Notes under the pieces: model-generated | The model's database searches: none | Seen by the model: the letters and a program-made list of their open reading frames with translations, nothing else | What the model was told of the DNA's origin: nothing | Position numbers and translations under genes: made by a program | From: Octopus vulgaris | Lineage: Eukaryota | NCBI GenBank assembly: GCA_951406725.2 | Contig: OX597832.1 | Location: 19,468,001 to 19,532,000, forward strand | Length of the DNA stretch: 64,000 bases | Direction: 5' to 3' | Shown here: in pieces, positions 42,634 through 55,430 of the stretch | Layout: every line of letters starts with the position of its first letter | How positions within the stretch are numbered: position 1 is the stretch's first letter

Positions 42634-42732
42634 TTACTGCTTGGAATTGAACTCGGAATCTTTGGATTAGTAGCCCGCGCTCTTAACCACTACGCTACAT
42701 GCCTGTGCGCAATTATGGAGTGAACTTTTAGG
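42170..42732 (-). mobile_element. tRNA-headed SINE-like element with (AAT)n spacer and hammerhead-like motif
   Basis: Reverse strand: tagcgtagtgg A-box, gagttcaattcc B-box (42704-42630), (AAT)n, then gacacCTGATGAaggctg..cagctAAACgtt (42280-42241) and a tail matching 60640-60775. Confidence 0.75.
42383..42561. mobile_element. Unclassified insert nested in the (AAT)n spacer
   Basis: 180-bp non-repetitive block flanked by (ATT)n on both sides, absent from the paralogue at 60535-60810. Confidence 0.5.
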
Positions 42733-42830
42733 AACCGGTATTAAGAAAGGATAGAAAAATATTCGATTTGTAAGCCCTGAAAATTCACTCCATAATTGCC
42801 CACGGGTATATGGCGTAGTGGTTAAGAGCG

Positions 42831-43100
42831 CTGAGAAATTTCTGGTCTAGAGATGCCTACACCATCATCCTTCTCTACTCTACATTTGCTCGACCCCACC
42901 TTGAATACTATTGTCCACTTTTGCTCTCCCCATACGAAGCAACTCATTATGAAATTGGAAGCACTCCAGAGGTCAGTAACAAGAAATATCAATTGCTAAA
43001 AAGCATACGTGAAGTAAAATCATGTAGCAACACCGAAAGGCGGTGCCCCAGCATGGCCACAGCTCGTAAGCTGAAACTAGATAGAATAAAATAAATAAAT
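42831..43100 (+). pseudogene. CR1/L2-type LINE ORF2 C-terminal fragment fused to its 3' UTR
   Basis: LRNFWSRDAYTIILLYSTFARPHLEYYCPLL / KQLIMKLEALQRSVTRNI matches the post-RT LY..FVRPHLEY...KLE.VQR motif of CR1/L2 elements. Confidence 0.8.
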
Positions 43101-43699
43101 AGTATATATATTTATATAAATATATATATATATACATATGTATGCAAAAGTATATGTATACTTACACGTGTATATGTATATATATATATGTATGTATGTA
43201 TGTATATATGTGTGTGTGTGTGTGTGTGTGCGCCTGTATGTGTGCATGCCTGTGTGTGTGTGTATTAGAGTGTTATATATACAAACCTACACATATGCAT
43301 ATACACATTTTTATAAGTACTTAACACATACATACTTATACGTACATGCATACGTACGTACATACATACATACATACATACATACATACATACATACATA
43401 CGTGCATGCATGCAAATATAAACCACTCACCTATTGAATTAAATCTATTTAGATGCGAGGAAAGCCTTTTGGGTAAAAAAAAAACATGAATAGCACAAGA
43501 TCGCGTTTTACGCTGAGATACACATACACTACTAATGCAAAGGTGTGATATTTTCTCGAAGAGGAAAACCTGCCACAAGCACGTATGTTATATTCGTGTT
43601 TCAAGCAATGAGCTTCTGAACGTATATCTGTATATCTATGTTTATCTGTCCGTCTGTCTATCTATCTGTCTACCTATCTATCTATCTATCTATCTATCA

Positions 43700-43845
<146 letters not shown>

Positions 43846-43915
43846 CGCCCTCGCGTCGTTTCGTTTCTTTTCTGTTCTCCAAGTAAGTTTATATATATAT
43901 ATATATATAGATAAA

Positions 43916-44013
<98 letters not shown>

Positions 44014-44051
44014 TCTGTCTATCTATCTCTGTATCTATCTATCCATCTATA

Positions 44052-44105
<54 letters not shown>

Positions 44106-44564
44106 CACATAAGTAGATAGATTGATAGATAGATAGATAGATAGATAGGAGTGTCTATATGTGAAATGTATGTGTGCGTGCGTGTAAGAGCGGCGTGCAT
44201 GCATGTTGTAATGTATGTGTGTAGTAATGTATGTGCCTTTATGAATATGTATATAGGCGAGTGAATGCAAAGCTAACATACTCAAGTTTCGTTGAAGCCT
44301 GCTTTTACGCCTTTTTATATAAATATGTAGTAAAAGAAAAACCCGATACCTATTTACGTTCTATTCTGTATAACATGCACACATCTTCTGGTGAGTGTGT
44401 GTACGTATGTTTGTGTTTGTGTACGTACATTTGTGTTTGTGTCTGTGTACATATATATATGTATGTGTATGTATACGTGCGAGTATGTATGCGTATGTAT
44501 ATTTGTGTGTGTGCATGTGTGTGTGTACAGAGTAAAATGTTGATAGTGAGCCTGATAGTGAGCC

Positions 44565-44738
<174 letters not shown>

Positions 44739-44888
44739 TTAGATGTGAGCATTTATATACATATACAGACGTATATCGTTTGTTGAGATTTCGCTTCTCT
44801 GATAGTCTATAAGAATGCATGTGTAATGTATGTATGCATATATATATATACATACATACATACATACACACACACGCACACACACATA

Positions 44889-44920
<32 letters not shown>

Positions 44921-45733
44921 CATATGAATGCATGTATATCTATCTACTTGCCAATCTATCTAAACATGCACACACATAGATGCATACATACATACATACA
45001 TACATACATACATACATACACATATACATACATACATGCATACATACACACGCATGTTGTCGTACAATCATTTATCTGTCTTGCTGCATCGTTGCCTCCA
45101 GTTTATTAAAAACCACGGTGGCAAGGCAAAAGTTTTAGTTTGCGTGTTTTCCTGACATCTGCCTGCTTGCGATGACATTTGATATATTTATATTTAGTTT
45201 TGCTTGTCCAAATCGCCACTTTGCGATCTTCTTTCTCACTGCCCAATGCCTCTCCCCAGCTCCCATCTCTCTGCTCTCCTGTCTCTCTGCCTTATTTTGG
45301 CATTGCAGTGAAAAGAAAAAGAATAAAGAGACTAGCATTGATGGTGGCGTGGCGTCGGCGGTAAGGGAGAGGCTGGTTGGTTGTAATGATAACGGGATTA
45401 GATTGGATCACGTGGGATGATGATGGAAAGTGCTGCCTCGCCCTTTGGCATGTCAGCGTGCCTGACCAATTAATTGGTTAACACTATCGGTCTTTATCAG
45501 CGACTTAGTCGTGTTCCTTTCGCAAGCATTTCGCGTTCACGATATTGCTCGAAAAGCCGCTGACGACCTCCGTCACTCTACGCCGTGCAACGCTGCCCGC
45601 TTCGTATACAAATGATATATAACTCCTACATCACACTGGTTCTGTTTCTCTGCCTGTCTGTTTGTCTGTCAGTCTGGTTGTCTCTTTCTCTCTCACACGA
45701 TACGCGCGCGCTCATACATGTGCATAAGTATAT

Positions 45734-45799
<66 letters not shown>

Positions 45800-46540
45800 A
45801 CATATATATATATATATTATATATGTATATATATACATATATATATATACATATATATGTATATATACATATATATACCTTATACACACACATATATGGG
45901 CATATATATTTATATACACACAGACGCGCGCACACCCACACACACCTACACCCATGTACTTACAAACACACACTCACACACATGTACTTACGCACACACA
46001 TTCATTTATAAACTTATGTAAATATATGTGTGTATATGTGTGTGCTTTATGGCAACTGACGTTTCGTAAGATAATGTAAAGAAATATAGACCAACTAATA
46101 AAAAAAAAAACTACCTATAATGGGTGGGTTTTTTTTTACATAAAATCCAATCTGCATATTTTTTGCCATGGACGGTCAGGAGTAAATTGACAGCAGTACC
46201 CCAAGTGTTCTTTATTTCATCGTCTCCGGGAAGAGGATAGGCAATGTCGACCTGGTTGGTATTTAAACAAAAAATGTAATGAGCTGTTATAAATAATGTT
46301 GCGAAAGCTACTTTCACTTTCACTTCAGTCATTGGATTGCAGACAGTTCGAGCTGCCCCTTGATGTTTTTAGTCAAATAAATCTACTACAATTTTTTTTC
46401 CTTTTAAAAGTCTTGTACTTATCCTATCCGTCACTTTTGTCAAAAGGCTAAGTTACTGCAACGTAAACTAAATGAAACCGATTGTCACGTGGTTTCAGTG
46501 GGCCCAATGAATTTATAAGTAGATGCGCACAAACGCACAC

Positions 46541-46587
<47 letters not shown>

Positions 46588-46696
46588 TATCAGGTGATGC
46601 CTCTGAATGGCCGCACACAGATGAGTGAAACAAAAGATATGTATATATATATATATGTTTGTGTGTGTGAATTTTTGTATATATGTATAAAATAAG

Positions 46697-46856
46697 GCAT
46701 ACGAGTGGCTGTGTGGTAAGTAGCTTGCTTACGAACCACATGGTTCTGGGTTCAGTCCAAATGCATAGCACCGTGGCAAGTGTCTTCTACTATAGCATTT
46801 GGCCGACCAAAGCCTTGTGAGTGGATCTGGTAGACAGAAACTGAAAGAAGCCCGTC

Positions 46857-46893
<37 letters not shown>

Positions 46894-47234
46894 TACATAC
46901 ATACATATGTATATGTGTATGTATGTATGTATGTATGCATGTATGTATGTATGTATGTATGTATGTGTGTGTATATGTTTTTGTGTCTGTGTTTGTCCCC
47001 CCAACATCGCTTGACAACCAATGCTGGTGTGTTTACGTCCCTCTAACCTAGCAGTTCGCCACCACCTAGCGTCTAACCTAGCGTCTTCGTAACTTAGCGG
47101 TTCGGCAAAAGAGACCGATAGAATAAGTACTAAGCTTACGAAGAATATGTCCTGGCGTCGATTTGCACGACTAATGGCGGTGCTCCAGCATGGCCACAAT
47201 CAAATGACTGAAAAAAGTAAAAGAGTAAAAGAGA
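46697..47234 (+). mobile_element. SINE family A with expanded internal microsatellite and a local duplication at 47040-47090
   Basis: Full head to tail. Confidence 0.9.
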
Positions 47235-48614
47235 GCAACGGGCTTGTACCACAGTTTCCAGCTAGTCATTTACTCACGAATCATTGATCGTCCCGGAGCT
47301 ATAGAGGAATATCCTTGCCAATGTTGCTACGCTGTGGAATCGAACGCAAAACTACGTTGTTGTAAAACCTGTGTTACACAACCAAGACATGCTGGCGACT
47401 ATATAAAAATAGCACGCTTCAAGAATTCGCGTATCATCCGTCTAATTCTAGTAGTTTTGTTAATCTACTACTCAAATAACTGCTTGTGACCCACTGTAGT
47501 TTCAATCTACGAACCTGTGGGTGAATGATTGTGAACCAAGACCACTCATATTGCGCCAAAAGAATTGACAATGAAAAACAAGATCACTGATGATGTAAAC
47601 TTTTAAATTATTTCTTCGTATTTTCGGTAAAACATCAGAGTATAGGGTTCAAATGGTAGAAATCTTTGAATTCTATCAGAATTCTCGACCAATTTCGCTC
47701 TGCTGTATTGATTTTTATTACGGTATAAACGTCCAAGCATCGCCTGCACTCCACCACCCAATCGTACTTTTACTCTCCCCCGCCAATTTTAGTGATTATA
47801 TTCAAACTTTCATTTCATTGACGCTTTCACAGTCTGCTAATCAGATCATTTCAAAGTAATTGTTAAACTAATCAGAATATCTTACATCATAAAATGTTCG
47901 TCCATTTACTAGAATAAGTTCTATTTCACCTCAAACTTTTCTAATTAATTAGAATCGAAACGGTTGAGTGGATTAAGCATTGAGCTTTCAGTTCGTACTT
48001 TTCAGGTTCAAATTCATAGCAAGTCTGTTCATGCATTTATTTTAAGTGTTGTTACTTACTTTTGGTGAAATAAATCGAAGCCAGGTTATCAAAGATGTAA
48101 AGAGTAACAAGGCTACCGTCTAATTCCAGTAAAGACAATAGATTATTCGCTTCTCTTTCGTTTGACAAGCGACATATTCCTTTATTTTTTTAAGTGTTTT
48201 TCGTGATAAGTAAAATGGTAATTTCGCATGTCAGGAAATTAACGCTAGACCAATGAAATCCTTTCACAGTCATCATTTTTCTAATGCTGTTTCCAGAAAT
48301 TAAGTGAAGAAAATTGTAAAAGAAAAACAAATAATTTCAAGTAGTTTCAGAATTACTCCCCAGGATGGTGCTATCCTTTGATTTTCTGCATTTCTGTTTA
48401 CTTGTAGTTGAAGATGCTATTACACATGCACACATATATTATATACACACATATATACATATATATTCTTAAAAACATACATATATTTATATATATATAT
48501 ATGCACACATATATATATATATATATACATACACATATATATAAATATATGCATATATACATACATGTACATACCTACATATAAATATATATACATACAT
48601 GCATATATGTGTAC

Positions 48615-48845
48615 AGGACATAAAAAACGCGAACAAAGTGAGAAACAAGAACATAAAAAACAAAAACATAGAAAGCGAATTGTTTTTCAAACAATGAAAG
48701 AAACAAATAGAGAAACGACACAGGCAACATAAAGAACATTCCCTTCATTAGTTGTCCCCTGTTTCATCTACTCCGCCTTTCGAAGGTATGGACAAGACGA
48801 AACAGTCCTTCCCGCAAAGTAAATTAAATAAAATTTGAGATTTTT
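48615..48845 (-). mobile_element. PLE-terminus-like fragment between TA-rich tracts
   Basis: Reverse strand has ctaatgaaggg, cgaaa and a T-rich cttgtttctcac...gcgttttttatgtcc end like other tails. Confidence 0.35.
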
Positions 48846-48850
48846 TTGGC

Positions 48851-48891
<41 letters not shown>

Positions 48892-49062
48892 ATATCATTA
48901 AAATTCTTAATAATATGTATGAAAATTTATGTCAACACAACATTATCAAGGTAATCCAAATTGGTGAAATCCTAAATGAACATCCGGAAAAATTATTACC
49001 TGTTAAAAACGCATATACATCTATACATATGCATTTATACGTATACATTTATACATATACAG

Positions 49063-49100
<38 letters not shown>

Positions 49101-49200
49101 TAATTAATCAATATAAGGGTAGCAAAAAATTCAATAGAAATTTTTTTCACCACCAGCGGTCCAGTGAGAAAGAGAAAATAGTCACAGACTATATATATAT

Positions 49201-49569
49201 AATTTCAACAATATTAAGGAATGGCCCTGATAGTCCATTCGACTCACTAGAAAGTGCAGTCAAACTCAAACCGCTAAATAGTAGTAATTCAGAAATCAAA
49301 GGAAAATTAAAAACCTTTACCCTAATCATCCTTGGACAATGCATTGTTTCGACGTACTTTTTTGCAAACCAGTGTAATTAAATTAAATTAAATTAGGCTG
49401 GTTTGCCAAAAAGTACGTCGAAACGATGCTTTGTCCAAGGATGATTAGGGTAAATGTTTTTAATTTTCCTTTGATTTCTGAATTACTACTATTTAGCGGT
49501 TTGAGTTTGACTGCACTTTTTAGTGAGTCGAATGGACTATCAGGGCCATTCCTTAATATTGTTGAAATT
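49201..49569. repeat. Long inverted repeat, 172-bp arms, 25-bp AT spacer
   Basis: 49201-49372 is the reverse complement of 49398-49569 with about five mismatches; flanked by (TA)n. Confidence 0.95.
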
Positions 49570-49629
49570 GTATATATATATACATATATATATATATATA
49601 AGAAATGATTGATAATCAATTTAGCCTTA

Positions 49630-49995
49630 CACAATCTCGGCCAAATTGTATTAATCAGTAAATCAAAAGTCATCTCAAGCTTTGCTTGAGTGACCCAGGC
49701 AAAAATCTATTCCATCTGTGTATAAAATTTCAAGAAAATCAGTTGAAAACTTTAAAAGTTATGGCAGAAAACATCATTCATATGAGAATTTGCATTGAAA
49801 TGTCCCACTGAATTTTGAAAAATCGATGCTGATTAAAAATCATCGATTTGTTTGAAAATTGCAAATGTGCAAGTGACTGCATTGGCATAAGCCCCCCACA
49901 CGTGTCAAGTTTCATCAAGATCGGTTGGATTATTTTAGAGGAAAGTACGATTTCACAAATTTGCACATACACAGCCACAGACAGAAATTGTCATT

Positions 49996-50010
<15 letters not shown>
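49630..50010 (-). mobile_element. Helitron-like non-autonomous fragment
   Basis: Recurrent aaatttcaagaaaatcag / aagtttcatcaagatcgg motifs and a cacagacagaaatt...(TA)n end. Confidence 0.4.
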
Positions 50011-50084
<74 letters not shown>

Positions 50085-50277
50085 CCTCGTGTGTACCGTT
50101 GGCGATTTTTTTTCCTCTGCCTTCCCTACTCTGGATCTTTCCTTCTCCTATGTTTCCGACGAACAGTTCCGCTCGAAAAGTTAAACCCTCCTTCTTTCCT
50201 GAGTGTCCAATAATACTATATTTGTTCCACGTCCTCGCGTTGTTGTGTTTTTTTGTGCTTTCTTGTTTGGATTAACT

Positions 50278-50279
<2 letters not shown>
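50085..50279 (+). mobile_element. PLE terminal fragment with decayed hammerhead-like motif (50152-50186)
   Basis: GUUU CCGACGA A CAGU-UCC-GCUC GAAAA GUU AAAC, then a T-rich tail ending at (TA)n. Confidence 0.55.
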
Positions 50280-50326
<47 letters not shown>

Positions 50327-51201
50327 TACATACACAGGTGTATCAGTGTCTTGGTGTATGTATGTGTTTGTATGAAACTAATCATGGTACACATAACAAA
50401 GTACTCAATACCTAAGATAGTAACGTTTGATCGCAGTAAACATTTAGAATAGGAATTCTTAGAACCCACCGGTTTCGTGTTAATCAAACAATCATCAGCG
50501 AAGGATATGTAGTTTTAAAATTTTCATCTACCACCGAAAATGTTTGAATGATTTTTCCGCGCCTGCATGTGACTTAGGGAGAAACTCTGCACATACATTT
50601 TGTTATCTATATATATACCCAACTATGCATGCTTTATATATTGTCATATATATCATCATTTGAAACATTTTCATAGATGCATACTAACACAGAGCTACAT
50701 ATGCCATAAAGGCGATATTGTATGTATAGTAAAGAACAACTTCCTTCCTGCACACCACAATTCTCTCTTCCCCGTCTCCTACAGGCTCTGTCTTGCTTTA
50801 CATTTCCCTCTTCCCTCCCCTCCTCCTCTTTTATTTCTCTCTTTTGCTCTCTCTCTCTCTCTCTCCTCTTTGTCACCTCCTCCGTTCTTCTTACTCCATT
50901 CACTTGTTGGCAATATATATATTTTGTATTTTCTTTAATATTTAGACGTATATTACATATATTTGCATTTATTTTTTTTCCTTTCTTTTCCATCAATTTT
51001 TTTTTTGTTTTGTTTATCTGTTACATTCACCCTTCAATTCTGGCATCCCCTATTTCCCTCCAGCCCACAAACATATCCTTATGAATACACACACTCAAAA
51101 CTCACATACACGCGCACATAGACATATGCAAAGACACACACACACAAGCTTGCGCAAATGTCCTCTCACTCTCTCTATTCCTCTCTCTCGCTCAGTATGT
51201 A

Positions 51202-51257
<56 letters not shown>

Positions 51258-51336
51258 TACATATATATATAAATATATTTATATAGATATATATATGTAT
51301 ATATATATACATATACATATATATATACATACATAT

Positions 51337-51389
<53 letters not shown>

Positions 51390-51412
51390 CATACATATAT
51401 ATATATATACAT

Positions 51413-51490
<78 letters not shown>

Positions 51491-51519
51491 TGAGATTCGC
51501 TGCTCAATTTCATACGTCA

Positions 51520-52107
51520 CTTCTTCGTTTCCTTCAGATTTCGGTTCTCCTTCTCACACCATTTCATTTCTTCTTTATTACCATCCGGTACTACGTTTAT
51601 TTCTTTCGTTCTTTCTTTCTTTCATTCTTCCATTATTTCCTTTTTAGCTTTCTTTCTTTGTTTCTTCCTTTCCTCCTTTTATTATTCTTCATTCTTTTCA
51701 AGCATTCATTTTTGTTTTCTTTCATTTCCTTCATTCTATCATTCACACTTCTTCTATATTCCTATAATACTTTCACTTTTACTTTCTTTTCCTCTTTCCT
51801 TCTCGGCTTTACTTTCATTCACACTTTCCTTCATTCGCCTTTTCGAACATCACCATTAATTCCTTCCGTTTATTCATTTACAAATTTATTTTTCATATTA
51901 CTTTTTTTTTTCAGTTATCCTTATTCGTTTATTATTTCCTTCATCCATCATTTTCTTCTTACTCTGTTATCGTTCATTCATTCTTTCACTCTTTCTTTCC
52001 TTGTTCTATTACCCGCCTTTCCAACTCTCATTTCTTCTCTTATCCTTATTTCTTTATTTGTCTTTTTTCCTTCCATCCTTTTTCTCCTTCCATACATTTC
52101 TCCCCCT

Positions 52108-52148
<41 letters not shown>

Positions 52149-52200
52149 TTCCCTTTCTCTCCGTCTGCCCCTTCTTCTCCCTGCCTTATCGACTTTCTAC
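51520..52200. repeat. Long pyrimidine-rich low-complexity tract
   Basis: Direct reading; source of the F/S/L-rich 349-aa ORF. Confidence 0.85.
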
Positions 52201-53929
52201 ACAACTCTTCAAATGTGCGTTGCTTCAATGGAAACAGAGAGGAGAAATTGCTAATTCAATGGACAAGAAAATCAAAGAATTGAGACAGACTTGTTCAGAA
52301 GATCTGTAAAAATGGGAGGGTGTGGAGTAGATGGTTCCTCATTCCGCTACACCCCAACACACACACAAACTATCACGTAGCTGCACATAGACAAATTTGC
52401 AAACGCATACGTATGCATACGCAGACATATACACAGATAGACATTTTCCTCCCTCGACACATTTCGTTCAGTTTCCACCGTCCGTCCTTAAAGCGGAATG
52501 TGTTTAAATGTGTGTGCCTCTCTCTATATATACACACACACACATATATATGTATGTATGCATGTATATTATTATATATATGTATTTGTGTGGCTCTGTG
52601 TAGATATATTTATATACATGGACGCTTACACATATATATATATATATACATAAATATATATATGTATGTATATTATGTACATGTGTTCATTTATGTTTGT
52701 ATATATAAGTATATATATATCTACATGTACATATGTATGATTATCTACCTATATATATACATATGTATATACATATATGTGTTTGTGTCTATACATGCAT
52801 GTATGCCTACATATATGTATACACAAATATGTGTATGTATATATGTAAATATATATATATATATACACATATACGTATGAATGTATATATATATATATAT
52901 ATATATGTATCTATGCTTATACATATGCATACCTAAACATGTATGTGTGAGCTAGTCTTATATCTCCTCACATTTATCATTCTCTCACACTGTACATTTT
53001 CCATTAGGTTAGCAGTGTTTCTTGCGTTGTAGTGAGTACGTAAACATGTGTTTTTTTTTATGCACGAGCTTCCATACTTACGTGCATGTACGCAAAATCC
53101 TATATATATATATATATATATACGTATATTTATGTTAGTGTGTGTATGTGTTTGAGAGAGAGAGAGAGAGAGAAAGAGAAAGAAAGCTTTTGTGTGTCTG
53201 ATTGTACATATAACATACCCATACACCTCCATACATCTTTCTATATGCATATAACAAAGCATTCATGCATATATACATTTGCATATATATTGACGCATAT
53301 GTAAGGCGTTTGCGAGCGTAAACTCTAATAATAAAATACAGTGAGCAGAGCTACAATCAATGGACCAGATTATTTTATTTACTTAGATTGTTCCTGACGG
53401 CATTTTGGAAACAACGGTACGGTACATACAATACATTTAAGATGCACATGGAAAAGCATTACTAACAAACGGAGAAGGGGAACATAGATTTTGTCATGAA
53501 CAAGTCTGATGTCTATCGCTAATATATTGGACTTCAGTTCTGCATTTCTGTTCCTTTACTCCTATTACATTTCACATCTCTATTACAACGGCGTTTTGCT
53601 CCGCTTTTGCTGCTAAATATATATTATGTTGCATTCTATGAATTTAAAAGTAAAGGTGTATGTTGCAAACGTACATGATTGTAAATGATACATTTGGCCA
53701 GATTAACACAACACTGTCTTGGAGGCTCGCTATGCACTTACTGCAAAAAGCAATTTTAGTACACAGCAGCACAAACGATAAACGAAAGCTGCATAGATAA
53801 ATATTGGCAGGTGAAATACTATAAATAAAAATATTATAGAAATATAATAGATAAATAAAATAACAGTGATAAATTAATATTGACAAATAATTAATTCATA
53901 TCATATAAAATTTTTTGATCTTTTCACTT

Positions 53930-54211
53930 TGACCGGCCAAAGCCTTGTGAGTGGATTTGATAGACGGAAACTGAAAGAAGCCCGTCGTATATATGTATGT
54001 GTGTGTATATGTTTGTGTGTCTGTGTTTGTCCCCCCTCCAACATCGCTGGACAACCGATGCTGGTGTGTTCACGTCCCCGTAATTAAGCGATAGAATAAG
54101 TACTAGGCTTACAAAGAATAAGTCCTGGGGTCGGTTTGCTCGACTAAAAGGCGGTGCTCCAGCATGGCCACAGTCAAATGACTGAAACAAGTAAAGGAGT
54201 AAAAGAGTAAA
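53930..54211 (+). mobile_element. SINE family A, 5'-truncated
   Basis: Matches the family A body and tail. Confidence 0.9.
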
Positions 54212-54228
54212 GATTATATATATGTGCA

Positions 54229-54350
<122 letters not shown>

Positions 54351-54880
54351 TGCAACTTTATAAAAAAATATATATATACATACAAATATATGTATGTTAC
54401 GTGTCTTTGCATGTATATTCATTAAGCGTATATACGATTGAATATTAATGTATTTTTACATACGTATTTTCAAAACTACATATATGCATCCACATACACA
54501 CACACCCATACAAAATTATGCACAATTGTGTGTGTTGTGTCAATGTATTTATAGGTTAAACGAAATAGCTTAGAATAGCCGGTGGCAGGAATTTGGACAA
54601 CTAAATAAAACTAAACTAAACACGAAAGAAAATAAATGTTTGATTTATAGAAAATGCCTTAGCTTCAAGTGAAAATAGACACTCGCCTGGTGGCAATTGC
54701 AACCGACTCCGATTTAGCAGGGATGATGATCTCAAGAATCAAGATTCTTCTGGAAGTGACATGCCTTTAGGGAAACACTGTTCGTATCCGACTTCTTTCT
54801 TGACAAGAAAGGAGAATCGAAGTCACGTGTTTCTGCATCAAAAACGTCATCGGCACAGTGGTTGTCCTACTTTGACCCAA

Positions 54881-54920
<40 letters not shown>

Positions 54921-54974
54921 GGGGAGTGTGCATGTGTGTGTGTGTGTGTGTGTGTGTGTATACATGCACTACTT

Positions 54975-55430
54975 CTAGTAGTAGTAGTTTAATTGGTGCC
55001 ACTATGAGGTTCAGAAATTCATAGTGTTTTCAAATATATAAAGTGAGTAGTAATCCGCTAACTTAATCGGTTGACTCTAGAGTGACCGCTGGCTGAAGAG
55101 GGCCTTTCGCCCAGACTATGTCACGTAGTTTCCCAGAACAAAGAACATACGTCATCCCTTGTGACTTCACCGTCGCCCTGTGTCGTAATTTTTCGTCGAT
55201 GAGCTCAACATAGCTGTATATACATTATCCGATGGCCATTGATTCTTAAGAGTTCCCCCGTTTCCTTTAATTGGAACCGTTTTTCGTCCCGCTAGATGGC
55301 AAATCACCAACCTTAATATGTAAGTTTCGTGGCGTGCCAATGTAATCGTCGACGACACGAACATGGGCTTCATGTGTCCGATCGCACCCAACTACCCGAC
55401 CATGGCTACATATTGCCAATACCTGAGAAT
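54975..55430 (-). pseudogene. Possible very decayed RTE-type LINE 3' end
   Basis: Reverse-strand AIGHMKPM...GGTLKNQ loosely fits the W.GHV.RM...KD.LK pattern; ends in (CTA)n. Confidence 0.25.

Noticed and set aside
47490-48420. Possible decayed hAT transposase on the minus strand
   Set aside because: Only a vague motif resemblance; cannot be supported without a profile search.
51205-52309. 349-aa hydrophobic ORF and a possible exon ([16 protein letters not shown]) after the pyrimidine tract
   Set aside because: The ORF is (TA)n plus low-complexity pyrimidines; no convincing splice pair or recognisable domain.
55081-55125. CUGAAGA GGGC-CUUUC-GCCC AGAC UAU GUC hammerhead-like string
   Set aside because: Lacks the GAAA box and a proper stem I, and lies antisense in a probable LINE relic; could be chance.
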